A stretch of 64,000 nt of DNA from assembly GCA_039931165.1 (NCBI GenBank), contig JBDTSL010000002.1, forward strand, positions 7,134-71,133. The letters run 5' to 3'. This DNA is from Candidatus Doudnabacteria bacterium (GTDB taxonomy: Bacteria > Patescibacteriota > Doudnabacteria > UBA920 > O2-02-FULL-48-8). The translations under genes were made by a program, and so were the position numbers. How positions within the stretch are numbered: position 1 is the first letter of the stretch; each line of letters opens with the position of its first letter. This document shows positions 27,838 through 37,745 of the stretch, piece by piece. The notes beneath the pieces are model-generated. The model was not told the DNA's origin and did no database searches. It saw only the letters and a program-made list of their open reading frames with translations.

Positions 27838-28941
27838 ATGTCAACCCCTGCTAATGTGCTTGAAGCCAAAATTTACGCCAATGCCTTTAACCTGATCCCT
27901 GAGATCGGTCCGGTCACTTTGCAAAAAATATATAATCATTTCGGCGATTGGCACCGGGCCTGGATCGGCAGCCCGACAGACTACATCGACGCCGGTCTGT
28001 CTGCCAAAACTATCAGTCAAATTATAGCAAAAAAACCTAAAATCAAGCCAGAGCAGTCATTTGCCGAACTGACCCGCAAGCAGATCGAAGTTGTGCTGAT
28101 ATCAGAAGCCGAATATCCCAAACTGTTGAAAGAGATCCATGCCGCGCCCCCGATCATTTACGTCCGCGGCGAAAAACAAGCCTTAAATAAACTCTCCCTG
28201 GCTGTGGTGGGCACTCGCAAAATGTCCAATTATGGCGCCCTGGCTGCGGAGGAAATTGTCCTGGGACTGGTGAACAATGGAGTAACCATCGTTTCAGGGC
28301 TGGCGTTCGGCATAGACGCGCAGGCTCTAACTACTGCTGTTGCCAACCATGGCAGCACCGTAGCTGTATTGGCATCGGACCTGAACGATACCAGCATTTC
28401 TCCCCGCTCAAACTTTAATTTATCTCAAAAAATAATAGAATCAGGCGCGCTGGTTTCCGAATACCCCCTGGGCATGGCGGTGCAAAAACAAAATTTCCCT
28501 ATCCGCAACCGGATCATTTCGGGCATGAGCTTGGGAATTTTGGTGGTTGAGGCAGATGATAAGTCCGGCGCTTTGATCACGGCCAACTTTGCTCTGGAGC
28601 AAAACAGGGAAGTGTTTGCTGTGCCGGGGTCGATCTTCTCCCCTACCAGCCGCGGCACCAATCAACTGATCAAAAAAGGGGCCAAGCTCGTGAACACGGC
28701 ATTCGACATTCTGGAGGAACTGAACCTGGACGCAAGCACCTTAAGCCAACCGGTGCTGATGGAAGTAAACCTGTCCGAAGAATTAATTTTAAAACACCTC
28801 AGCCGCGAAGGCTTGCATATCAATGAGCTTATCAAAGCCGTGAAGCTTACAGCAAGCTTGGTTGCTTCCAATCTGACTCTGCTGGAGATGAAAGGCCGGA
28901 TAAAAAATCTGGGAGCGGGAATATATGCCAAAATCAGATAA
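27838..28941 (+). CDS. dprA: DNA-processing protein DprA
   Basis: YPKLLKEI, AVVGTR, VSGLAFGID, FPIRNRIISG, SGALITA, GTNQLIKKGA and a C-terminal winged helix. Confidence 0.96.
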   Translation: MSTPANVLEAKIYANAFNLIPEIGPVTLQKIYNHFGDWHRAWIGSPTDYIDAGLSAKTISQIIAKKPKIKPEQSFAELTRKQIEVVLISEAEYPKLLKEIHAAPPIIYVRGEKQALNKLSLAVVGTRKMSNYGALAAEEIVLGLVNNGVTIVSGLAFGIDAQALTTAVANHGSTVAVLASDLNDTSISPRSNFNLSQKIIESGALVSEYPLGMAVQKQNFPIRNRIISGMSLGILVVEADDKSGALITANFALEQNREVFAVPGSIFSPTSRGTNQLIKKGAKLVNTAFDILEELNLDASTLSQPVLMEVNLSEELILKHLSREGLHINELIKAVKLTASLVASNLTLLEMKGRIKNLGAGIYAKIR

Positions 28942-30100
28942 ACCCCCTCAACAAACGAAGTTCTGGTGTGGGGGTAAATATATAATAAATATTTGGATCG
29001 GGCTCGTGGTCTTCGTCCTCATCTTGAGCTTGGGGCTAATTTTAATGACGAAAAAATCATCAACAGAGCCAATCCGCCTGCCTTCACAAACGCAAACGAA
29101 TGGGAAGGCAAAAGGGCTGACTATTCCTCCAAGCTCTAACCTCAAACCTACCACCTTGTTCTTGGCCGGCGACATAATGCTTTCAAGAAATGTTGGCAAA
29201 AAAATGTCGGAAGCCAAAGATTTTAGCCTGCCTTTTAAAAATGTCGCCGATGCAATAAAAAACGCGGACATCGCTTTTGCAAATCTCGAGTCGCCTTTCA
29301 ATGATTCAGGCGCCCATTTTATCGATCGCAGTTTGGTCTTTAATGCTGACCCTCAAACTGTCGCGGGTCTGACAGACGCCGGATTTGACGTTCTGTCCAC
29401 GGCCAACAATCATACTTTGGATCAGGGCACAAAAGGATTGCAATATACTTATAATTTTTTAAAGCAAAATTACATTGAGCCCATCGGCACTACTGCCAGC
29501 TGCCATGACGGTGTGATTATCACAAAAAATGATACTAAATTCGGTTTTCTCGCCTACTCCTACGCCGCCCACAATGACGGCGGTAAAAAACCGGAACCCC
29601 AGGTCTGTGACGCCAATAATTCCGCGCGGGTGGCCGAAGACGCAGAGCAACTGCGGCCGAATGTTGATTTTCTGATCGTCTCCATGCACATGGGTATTGA
29701 GTACACGCGCAAACCGACCTTAGCACAAACCAATTTTGCCCACACCGCGATTGATTCAGGGGCTGATTTCGTGGTTGGCGCGCATCCGCATTGGGTCCAA
29801 ACTCCGGAGCAATACAAAGGAAAATGGATATTCTATTCTCTCGGAAATTTTGTATTCGACCAGATGTGGAGCCAGGAGACCAGAGAGGGCCTGACACTAA
29901 AATTATCCGTGGAAGATAAAAAATTAACAAAAATTGAACTTCGGCCCGTGATTATTGACGATTTCTGCTGTGTCCGATCCGCAAATCCGGATGAAGCCTC
30001 GGCTATTTTAACCAAAGTACACCCCCACACCAATACAAACGTTATTTTTGATAATGACAATATTTCAGACGATTGGAAAGATGTGATTTATCCCAAATAA
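28925..30100 (+). CDS. CapA (PGA_cap) family metallophosphoesterase
   Basis: GDIML, NLE, ANNH, HMG, GAHPH, YSLGNFVFDQ; N-terminal TM helix. Confidence 0.9.
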   Translation: MPKSDKPPQQTKFWCGGKYIINIWIGLVVFVLILSLGLILMTKKSSTEPIRLPSQTQTNGKAKGLTIPPSSNLKPTTLFLAGDIMLSRNVGKKMSEAKDFSLPFKNVADAIKNADIAFANLESPFNDSGAHFIDRSLVFNADPQTVAGLTDAGFDVLSTANNHTLDQGTKGLQYTYNFLKQNYIEPIGTTASCHDGVIITKNDTKFGFLAYSYAAHNDGGKKPEPQVCDANNSARVAEDAEQLRPNVDFLIVSMHMGIEYTRKPTLAQTNFAHTAIDSGADFVVGAHPHWVQTPEQYKGKWIFYSLGNFVFDQMWSQETREGLTLKLSVEDKKLTKIELRPVIIDDFCCVRSANPDEASAILTKVHPHTNTNVIFDNDNISDDWKDVIYPK

Positions 30101-30165
30101 TCTATATTTGGTGTGGGGGTAAACTTGACAAGTCCAATCTTTATGAATAACAATTAAAAAGTTCT

Positions 30166-30280
30166 CGTCTTCGCGAGCGACTGCTTTACTCAGAAGAATT
30201 AGTTTTGGCAGTCGCGTGGAGATCTCTTTATTAAGAGATTGCTTCGTCGCCCCATCAAGTCGGAGCTCCTCGCAAAGACG
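30166..30280. repeat. GTCTTTGCGAG...GAAGCAATC-family REP doublet upstream of topA
   Basis: CGTCTTCGCGAG...GAGATCTC and GAGATTGCTTCG...CTCGCAAAGACG; same family at 44448-44574 and 7403-7433. Confidence 0.75.
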
Positions 30281-30301
30281 ATATATTTTTATAAACAGAT
30301 T

Positions 30302-32548
30302 ATGTCTAAATCCCTAGTAATAGTTGAGTCGCCAACCAAAGCCAAAACGATCAGCCGATTCCTCAAAGGCGAATACAAAGTGGAGGCTTCTTTTGGCCAT
30401 GTCCGCGATCTGCCTTCCAGCAAAATGGGAATTGATATTGAACATGATTTTGAGCCAACTTATGTAATTCCGCCGAAATCAAAAAAGCGCGTGGCTGATC
30501 TGAAAAAACTGGCCAAAGACGCTGCCGAAGTCATCCTGGCCACTGACGAGGACCGCGAAGGCGAGGCAATTGCCTGGCACTTGATCTCCGCTTTGGACCT
30601 GAAGAAAAATATCAAACGCATCGCCTTCCATGAGATCACCAAAACCGCGATTGATGAAGCGCTCTTAAATCCTCGTCAGCTCGATTTGCATCTGGTGGAT
30701 GCCCAGCAGGCCCGCCGCGTGCTCGACCGGCTGGTCGGCTATGAACTGTCCCCTTTCCTGTGGAAAAAAGTCAGGCGCGGCCTCTCCGCCGGCCGCGTGC
30801 AGTCGGTAGCGCTGCGCCTGATAGTTGAGCGTGAGCGGGAGGTCCAAAAATTCAAGCCTCAAGAATACTGGAGCATTGAGACCACTTTCAATAAGGATGG
30901 CCAATTTATTGGCAGGCTCGCCAAAATTGACGGCAAAACCCTGGACAAGCTGGGCATAAAAAATGAAGCTGCGGCGCATAAGATCGTGGCGGACCTGGCT
31001 AACCGAACGGCGGTTGTTTCCGAGGTTACAAAAAAGGAAGTCCGCAGAAACCCGGCTGCTCCTTTCACCACCTCCACACTCCAGCAGGAAGCCGCGCGAA
31101 AACTGGGATTTTCCGCCAAGCAAACAATGATGTACGCCCAACAGTTGTATGAAGGCGTGGAACTCGGCGAAGATAATGCCACCGGTTTGATCACCTACAT
31201 GCGTACGGATTCGGTCAACCTCGCGGACCAGGCGCTGCAATCCGCTCACGACGCCATTTTGGCAAAATACGGCAAGAATTACCTTTTGGACCAGCCTCGC
31301 AAATACGCTTCCAAGCAAAAAAACGCGCAGGAAGCCCACGAAGCCGTGCGCCCGACCGAGCTGACCCGCGATCCGGACAGCGTCAAGGATTTCTTGGATA
31401 AAAACCAGCTTCGCCTATATGATCTGATCTGGAAGCGCACGATCGCCACCCAAATGCCCGAAGCCGTGTTCGACGCCACCAGCGTAGATATCGATATGGC
31501 CGGCCAGACAAAGAAGTATATTTTCCGCGCCACGGGCCAGGTCATCAAATTCGACGGCTTCATGAAGGTCTATTTGGAAGGCACTGATGATGAGGAAGCG
31601 GAAGAAGAAGGGTTGCTGCCAGATCTGGCCAAAGGCGATCAGCCGAAAGTGCTGAAAACCATTCCCAAACAGCACTTTACCCAGCCGCCGCCCCGTTTTA
31701 CCGACGCTTCGTTGATCAAGGCCTTGGAAGAATTTGGCATCGGGCGCCCGTCAACTTACGCTCCGACCATTTCGACCATTCAGGAACGCGGTTATGTCAA
31801 CAAGATCGACAAAAAATTCCACCCTACCGATATCGGATTCGTCGTCAACGATATTTTGGTTGAACATTTCCCCGCGGTCGTAGACCTGCAATTCACGGCA
31901 AAAATGGAAGAAGAACTGGATGAGATCGCCGAAGGGACCAAGCAATGGGTGCCGGTCATCCGGGAATTCTATGAGCCCTTCCACAAAAATTTGAAGCTCA
32001 AAGAAACGGAAGTTGAAAAGCATGTGGAAATGCTGGAGGAAAAATGCCCTTTATCCGGCCATCCCCTACAGATCAAATTCGGCCGGTTCGGAAAATTCAT
32101 AGCCTGCTCCAATTATCCGGAATGCAAATACACCCGGCCTATGCCCGAGGAGCAAAAGATCATTGATGAAAATTCCGGCGTGATCTGCGACGTCTGCGGC
32201 CGGCCGATGGTGGTCAAATTTGGCAGATTTGGATCCTTCCTCGGCTGCTCCGGCTATCCTGAATGCAAGAACATAAAAAAAATCGAGAAAAGCACGGGCG
32301 TGGTCTGTCCGCTGTGCGGCGAAGGAGAATTGGTCGAGCGCCGGAGCAAACGCGGAATTTTTTATTCCTGCTCCAAATACCCTCAATGTAAATTCCTCCT
32401 CAACGGCAAACCTACGGGCGAAAAATGTCCGAAATCCGGAGATTTATTGATGGAAACGAAAGACGGCGGCCTGAAGTGTTCGAACAAAGAATGTGATTAT
32501 GCGCGGGAGCCGGTCATAGAGCCGGAAAAAAAAGAAGCCAAAATTTAA
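30302..32548 (+). CDS. topA: DNA topoisomerase I
   Basis: IVESPTKAK, ATDEDREGE, SAGRVQS, ITYMRTD, GIGRPSTY and C4 Zn ribbons; ATG 30302. Confidence 0.97.
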   Translation: MSKSLVIVESPTKAKTISRFLKGEYKVEASFGHVRDLPSSKMGIDIEHDFEPTYVIPPKSKKRVADLKKLAKDAAEVILATDEDREGEAIAWHLISALDLKKNIKRIAFHEITKTAIDEALLNPRQLDLHLVDAQQARRVLDRLVGYELSPFLWKKVRRGLSAGRVQSVALRLIVEREREVQKFKPQEYWSIETTFNKDGQFIGRLAKIDGKTLDKLGIKNEAAAHKIVADLANRTAVVSEVTKKEVRRNPAAPFTTSTLQQEAARKLGFSAKQTMMYAQQLYEGVELGEDNATGLITYMRTDSVNLADQALQSAHDAILAKYGKNYLLDQPRKYASKQKNAQEAHEAVRPTELTRDPDSVKDFLDKNQLRLYDLIWKRTIATQMPEAVFDATSVDIDMAGQTKKYIFRATGQVIKFDGFMKVYLEGTDDEEAEEEGLLPDLAKGDQPKVLKTIPKQHFTQPPPRFTDASLIKALEEFGIGRPSTYAPTISTIQERGYVNKIDKKFHPTDIGFVVNDILVEHFPAVVDLQFTAKMEEELDEIAEGTKQWVPVIREFYEPFHKNLKLKETEVEKHVEMLEEKCPLSGHPLQIKFGRFGKFIACSNYPECKYTRPMPEEQKIIDENSGVICDVCGRPMVVKFGRFGSFLGCSGYPECKNIKKIEKSTGVVCPLCGEGELVERRSKRGIFYSCSKYPQCKFLLNGKPTGEKCPKSGDLLMETKDGGLKCSNKECDYAREPVIEPEKKEAKI

Positions 32549-32577
32549 TATATAATTAATTACGTAATTAAAAACAT

Positions 32578-32775
32578 ATGGAAACAACACAATCGGTTCC
32601 CAAAAGTCTGGAAGAGCTGAAAAAAGAACAAAGCGAGGTCGCCAGTCAGATCATGGGCCTGGATGCCAAAGGCGATAAGGGAGAAGCTTGGCAGAAGCTT
32701 AAAGCCCACCACGAAGAACTCACTGCCATGATCGAAGATATGCCGAACGAAGATGAGCTTCACAAAAAAACATAG
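32578..32775 (+). CDS. Small hypothetical helical protein
   Basis: 65-aa charged ORF after topA, followed by a terminator hairpin at 32786-32811. Confidence 0.55.
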   Translation: METTQSVPKSLEELKKEQSEVASQIMGLDAKGDKGEAWQKLKAHHEELTAMIEDMPNEDELHKKT

Positions 32776-32881
32776 TTTTGCCAATAAAGCCGGGAGTGAT
32801 TCCCGGCTTTATGTTTACCAAAGAATCTTGGATCCCGGCTTTTCAAAAACGTTTTGAAAGTGTAAACTATAAATTATATAT

Positions 32882-33877
32882 ATGAAAATCTCATTTTTCG
32901 AAACCAAAGAAGAATATCAAAAAGTTCTGCAACCCTTGTTGCCGGATATGACCGTCGAATATTCAACAGAGCCTCTGTCACCGAAAAATGTCGCGAATTT
33001 TAAAGATAGCGAAGCCATAGCGATATTTGTGGGATCCAAAATCGACAAAAATATCATCGATTCCCTGCCGAAGCTGAAAGCCATTATGACCATGTCGACC
33101 GGTTATGACCATATCGATACCAAATATGCCAAACAAAAAGGGATCGCGGTATGCAATGTTGCCGGTTACGGCTCGGTCTGCGTGGCTGAATTTGCTTTTG
33201 GCCTGATTCTGTCCCTTTCGCGGAAGATCACCCAGGCCAACCGGCATCTGCGGGATACAAATGAATTCAGCTTTGAAAACCTGCAGGGATTCGATTTGAA
33301 CGGAAAAATTCTGGGCATTATCGGGACCGGCCGGATCGGCCAGCACGTCGCGCAAATCGCAAATGCGTTCGGGATGAAAATTTTGGGGTTTGACGCTAAG
33401 CCAAACCCGGCCTTGGCCGAAAAATTCCAATACGTCAGTCTGGATGAACTGTTAAAACAATCGGACGTCATCACCATTCACGTTCCCTATCTGCCCAGCA
33501 CTCATCACTTGATCAATAAAGACAACTTGCGGTTTGTCAAAAAAGGAGCGATATTGGTCAACACCGCGCGCGGGGAGATCATAGAAACGGAAGCATTAGT
33601 AGCGGTACTCACCGAAGGCCGGCTGGCGGGCGCGGGCTTGGATGTGCTGGAAGGCGAACACGAAATGAAAGACGAACTCCATATTTTAGCCAACCCTGCT
33701 TCCACCGTGGCGGATTTCAGAAAACTCTACGTCAATCACATGCTGATAGATTTCCCCCAGGTCATCGTGACTCCGCATATGGCTTTTTATTCCCGTGAAG
33801 CGCTGAATGAGATTATGGTCACGACCGCGGAGAACATAAAAAGTTTTCTGCAAGGAACGCCCAAAAATCTGGTTTAA
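32882..33877 (+). CDS. D-2-hydroxyacid dehydrogenase (D-lactate/glycerate dehydrogenase-like)
   Basis: STGYDHID, GIIGTGRIG, VNTARG, LDVLEGE, TPHMAF. Confidence 0.92.
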   Translation: MKISFFETKEEYQKVLQPLLPDMTVEYSTEPLSPKNVANFKDSEAIAIFVGSKIDKNIIDSLPKLKAIMTMSTGYDHIDTKYAKQKGIAVCNVAGYGSVCVAEFAFGLILSLSRKITQANRHLRDTNEFSFENLQGFDLNGKILGIIGTGRIGQHVAQIANAFGMKILGFDAKPNPALAEKFQYVSLDELLKQSDVITIHVPYLPSTHHLINKDNLRFVKKGAILVNTARGEIIETEALVAVLTEGRLAGAGLDVLEGEHEMKDELHILANPASTVADFRKLYVNHMLIDFPQVIVTPHMAFYSREALNEIMVTTAENIKSFLQGTPKNLV

Positions 33878-33879
33878 TC

Positions 33880-35148
33880 ATGGAATCACATACGATAAAA
33901 AATTACGACAAACTGGCCACAAGCAAACTCCGCCAAGATATTTTGGCCATGGGCGAGGCCGGTTTGACCGCCATCGATACGGCCAAGGTCATCGAAGCCC
34001 AAATTCAGCTCAAAGGCCGGACCCTGACCATAAGAAACAAGAGTTTCGACCTGGATAAATTCAAAAACATAAAAGTCATCGGATTCGGCAAGGCCTCCTG
34101 CAAAGCCGCCGAGGCATTAGAAAAAAAATTGGGCAAATTAATTGAGTCCGGAGTGGCCATTGGCCTGACTGCCACCGCATGCGAGATCATCAAAACTTAT
34201 GGAGGCACTCATCCCGAGCCTTCGTACCACAATGTTGATATCTCCCGGCAAATTTTTGAAATTGGCAAGACCGCTACAGCCGATGATCTGGTCATCGTCA
34301 TAGTGTCCGGAGGCGGGTCGTCTCTGCTCTGCTGGCCGAAAACAGAATGCGATCAGGGGCAGATCTTGTATCATCAGTTCCTGAAGACCGGCGGCACCAT
34401 AAAAGAGCTGAATACGGTGCGCAAGCACATTTCACTGCTGAAAGGCGGAGGTCTGGCAAAAATCCTTTACCCGGCAACCGTGATCGGCCTGATCTTTTCC
34501 GACATTCCGGGTGATCATTTCGACATGGTCGCTTCGGGGCCGACTTACAAAGACAGCAGCACCGTCAAAGACGCGGAGGCGATCATAGATAAATATAATC
34601 TGACGAAATTCGATCTGGTCGAAACCCCGAAGGACGACAAATATTTCGCCAATGTCTCCAATATCCACCTGGTGGACAATATTCAGGCTCTTGAAGGCAT
34701 AAAAAAATGCGCGCAAGATCTGGGTTACAATCCCGTAGTACTTTCAAACGAAGTCTACGAACAAGCTCCTGTGGTTGTCAAAAAAATGCGTGACCTGCTG
34801 GATAATTACGATCTGATCTTGGCCGGCGGGGAACCGGCGATGAAGGTCGCAGAAGGAGGAAATGGCGGCCGCAATCTTTATGTCGCCATGATCGCTCTGG
34901 ATTTGATCGGGCCGGACGAATGTTTTTTGGCTCTGGCTTCCGACGGCATGGATAATTCGGACGCGGCCGGAGCAGTGGTAGATGCTAAAACCAAAAAAAC
35001 TCTGAATGATCTGAAAATCAACCTGGCTGATTCCATCGCCAAATTCAACGGATATAAATTATTCGAACAATTGGGCGAACTGGTTTTCACCGGGCCGACC
35101 GAGGCCAACGTTTCGGACTTATTCATTTTGGTAAAAAATAAGCTCTAA
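33880..35148 (+). CDS. Glycerate 2-kinase, MOFRL family
   Basis: GFGKA, HPEP, SGGGSSL, ELNTVRKHIS, ASGP, GGE, GGRN, SDG, TGPTEANVSD. Confidence 0.9.
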   Translation: MESHTIKNYDKLATSKLRQDILAMGEAGLTAIDTAKVIEAQIQLKGRTLTIRNKSFDLDKFKNIKVIGFGKASCKAAEALEKKLGKLIESGVAIGLTATACEIIKTYGGTHPEPSYHNVDISRQIFEIGKTATADDLVIVIVSGGGSSLLCWPKTECDQGQILYHQFLKTGGTIKELNTVRKHISLLKGGGLAKILYPATVIGLIFSDIPGDHFDMVASGPTYKDSSTVKDAEAIIDKYNLTKFDLVETPKDDKYFANVSNIHLVDNIQALEGIKKCAQDLGYNPVVLSNEVYEQAPVVVKKMRDLLDNYDLILAGGEPAMKVAEGGNGGRNLYVAMIALDLIGPDECFLALASDGMDNSDAAGAVVDAKTKKTLNDLKINLADSIAKFNGYKLFEQLGELVFTGPTEANVSDLFILVKNKL

Positions 35149-35150
35149 AA

Positions 35151-35178
35151 TTTAGTCATGAGCATGCTCATGACTAAA
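35151..35178. repeat. Perfect 28-bp palindrome between convergent genes
   Basis: TTTAGTCATGAGCATGCTCATGACTAAA; contains the dusB TAG stop. Confidence 0.8.
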
Positions 35179-36157
35179 CAAAGATTTTTTGCGCGATCAG
35201 GAACTTCTCGACCAGCTCTTCAGCTTCTTGGGAAGTCTCGGCTTCCATCAGATTCATCCGCAGTTCTTTAGCGCCGTCGAACCCATTGACGTAGGCTTTA
35301 TAATGTTTTTTCATGACGGCAAAATCTTTTATTCCGGCAAATTTCCGTTCAAATAGTTTTGTGTGTTCTATCATGGCTAGCATGCGCTTGTGGACCGGAA
35401 CTTTTTCTATCGAGGTTTCGCGGTTAAACAGCCACGGGTTGCCGAAAATCCCCCGGCCGATCATGACGCCATCGGCGCCGGTTTCCAGCACTTTCTGTTC
35501 CGCGTCGGCAAGACTTAAAACATCACCGTTTCCGAGGATCAATGGTCTGGTTTCTTGATTTCCTGATCTCAAAATTTCTACAATCTTTGAAATCAACTCC
35601 CAATGCGCCGGCACTAAAGATAATTCTTTCACAGTCCGCAAATGGGCCGTTATCGCGGCCAACTCCTGTGCGGCCAGAAAACCAAACCATTCCTCAAGCA
35701 TGGGCTTGCTAACCCCAATTCTGGTCTTCACCGAAACAGGCAATTCAGGGGCGCCTTCTTTGGTCGCCAAGATAATTTCCCGGGCCAGTTCAGGATTTTT
35801 GATCAAAGCTCCGCCTGCTCCCTGTTTCAGAACCGCCCTGTCCGGACAGCCCATATTGATATCTATGCCGTCAAAGCCCAACTGCTTTATCATTTGTGCG
35901 ACTTTATAAAAATTCTCGGGCTTAGCGCCAAAAATCTGCGCCACGATCGGATGCTCATTTTCTGAATGCCAAAAATCAACCAACAATTTTTCTTTTCCGG
36001 CCGAGCAAAGTCCATCCACTGAGACAAATTCCGTCCATGTCACGTCCGGCTTGCCGTAATTACTGATCAAAAATCGAAAAGCGGCATCCGTGACATTGGC
36101 CATAGGCGCCAAAACAAAAATCGGTTTTTTAAGTTTGCTCCAGAAGCCTTTAATCAT
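35174..36157 (-). CDS. dusB: tRNA-dihydrouridine synthase
   Basis: LAPMA, IDINMGCP, PVSVKTR, GNGD, GVMIGRG...GNPW. Confidence 0.9.
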   Translation of the reverse strand: MIKGFWSKLKKPIFVLAPMANVTDAAFRFLISNYGKPDVTWTEFVSVDGLCSAGKEKLLVDFWHSENEHPIVAQIFGAKPENFYKVAQMIKQLGFDGIDINMGCPDRAVLKQGAGGALIKNPELAREIILATKEGAPELPVSVKTRIGVSKPMLEEWFGFLAAQELAAITAHLRTVKELSLVPAHWELISKIVEILRSGNQETRPLILGNGDVLSLADAEQKVLETGADGVMIGRGIFGNPWLFNRETSIEKVPVHKRMLAMIEHTKLFERKFAGIKDFAVMKKHYKAYVNGFDGAKELRMNLMEAETSQEAEELVEKFLIAQKIFV

Positions 36158-37388
36158 TTTTCATGAAGATTTTATTTTCAAACAGCCAATAAGCCAAAGC
36201 CTTATACAGCGGCAATACCGAAAAAAAGTACTGCAAATCAGCAAACTTTCTGATCACCCATCCCCAAAATCCGGCAACAATCAAATTCGGGCTGTACAAT
36301 ACCGCGAACTTCCCACTGGCGGGAATTATATATCTGATCGGTCCAGGAATATAGCTTGCCGCGGGCTTGCCTCTGATCTGGCGGTAAATATTTCTGGCCA
36401 CCGTTTTCGCCTGATTTATCGCCTCTTGCGCAGTTTGGGGAACTGATTTTTTCGTTTTCGGATCAATGAAGCCCAAATTATCACCCGCTATAAATATGCG
36501 CGGATAATTTTCAAGATTCAAGACGGAACGGGTGAGCGTGCGATCTTTACTATCCTGGACGAGCTCGCAATCAAGAGGCAGCCGGACCGACCTGACCCCG
36601 CCGGTCCAGATCAATAAATCGCAATCAAGCTTTTCTTTCATATTCAACACTACATGATCACCGGCGGCCTCCGTGATCCGGGTCGCAAACTTCGATTCAA
36701 CTCCCATTTGGATCATACGGTTGCCGACTATTGCCGAAACCTTCTCGGAAAGCCCGGGCAAAAACCCGGTGGCTGCTTCCACCAGAGTGATTTTGAAATT
36801 GTCAGGATTTTTTTCGTGTTGCCGGCATTCTTGCTTCAATAGATTATGCAATTCTCCGGCAAACTCCGTACCCGCAAAACCCGCGCCCCCGACCACGATC
36901 CGGGCTTCGTCTTTTTTTGTCACGATTTCCTCGATCCGGTTTCTGATCATCATTGCATCCTCCAAAGTTTTGAGAGTGAATCCGAATTTATCCAGATTCT
37001 TGATATCATAAAAATCGGCAACGCTACCCATCGCGATCACCAGATATTCAAAAGGGACAATTCTCGCGTCAGTGATAACCCTGCCGGATTTGGTATCAAT
37101 TCTGTCGATATAGGCTTCCAGTACTTTAACCCTGGTTTTACCGAAAATGTCTGAAAAAGGAATAGCCACGGTCCGTTTTACTTTTTTTGCACCCACAAAT
37201 GCGTGTTCAGTGGTGGCGGCTTCATATAACCCGGACTGATAAGTCTGGTAATTCTTGCGGTCAATCAAAATAATCTCGTAATCCCGGTTATCATGCAGAT
37301 AGTTGTCCAGATCAAGAGCCGCCCGCACCCCGGCAAACCCGCCGCCTGCGATGACAATATTCTTTTTTTCTTGGTTGGTGGATTTCAT
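36150..37388 (-). CDS. ndh: Type II NADH dehydrogenase-like flavoprotein
   Basis: Two Rossmann motifs (IVIAGGGFAG, VVGGAGFAGTE), IWTGG, IAGD, PQTAQ. Confidence 0.82.
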   Translation of the reverse strand: MKSTNQEKKNIVIAGGGFAGVRAALDLDNYLHDNRDYEIILIDRKNYQTYQSGLYEAATTEHAFVGAKKVKRTVAIPFSDIFGKTRVKVLEAYIDRIDTKSGRVITDARIVPFEYLVIAMGSVADFYDIKNLDKFGFTLKTLEDAMMIRNRIEEIVTKKDEARIVVGGAGFAGTEFAGELHNLLKQECRQHEKNPDNFKITLVEAATGFLPGLSEKVSAIVGNRMIQMGVESKFATRITEAAGDHVVLNMKEKLDCDLLIWTGGVRSVRLPLDCELVQDSKDRTLTRSVLNLENYPRIFIAGDNLGFIDPKTKKSVPQTAQEAINQAKTVARNIYRQIRGKPAASYIPGPIRYIIPASGKFAVLYSPNLIVAGFWGWVIRKFADLQYFFSVLPLYKALAYWLFENKIFMKND

Positions 37389-37520
37389 ACAAAATCAAAA
37401 AACAGCATCTTAATTATACCATAGACGCTGTTTCTTCTTTTTAGGATCTTTGTTCTCGTTTTAGTCTGCAAGATTATGATGTATGGAATCTATCCTGTCA
37501 ACGTATCTCTAATCTGCGGA

Positions 37521-37745
37521 TTATTCTTCAATTTTCTTCAAATCCACTTCAATCTGTTTTAATTCGTTCACCAGCTCTCTGGCTCGCGTATTTTTTATCT
37601 CATCCATCTGAATTAAAGGCGATATCCGATCCAATTCTTCCTGTAGTTGAGATCTAAGTGACTGCAATCGCTTCTTTTTCAATTCAATATCTTCCATTAA
37701 TCCTCTTCCTTCAGGTACTGCTCTTTCGGTTGATTCAGGTCCCAT
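37521..37745 (-). CDS. Small coiled-coil hypothetical protein
   Basis: 74-aa ORF whose start overlaps the rluB stop (TAATG). Confidence 0.55.
   Translation of the reverse strand: MGPESTERAVPEGRGLMEDIELKKKRLQSLRSQLQEELDRISPLIQMDEIKNTRARELVNELKQIEVDLKKIEE

Noticed and set aside
30239-30301. TTG start and N-terminal extension of topA
   Set aside because: The extension lies in a REP unit; the conserved protein begins at ATG 30302.
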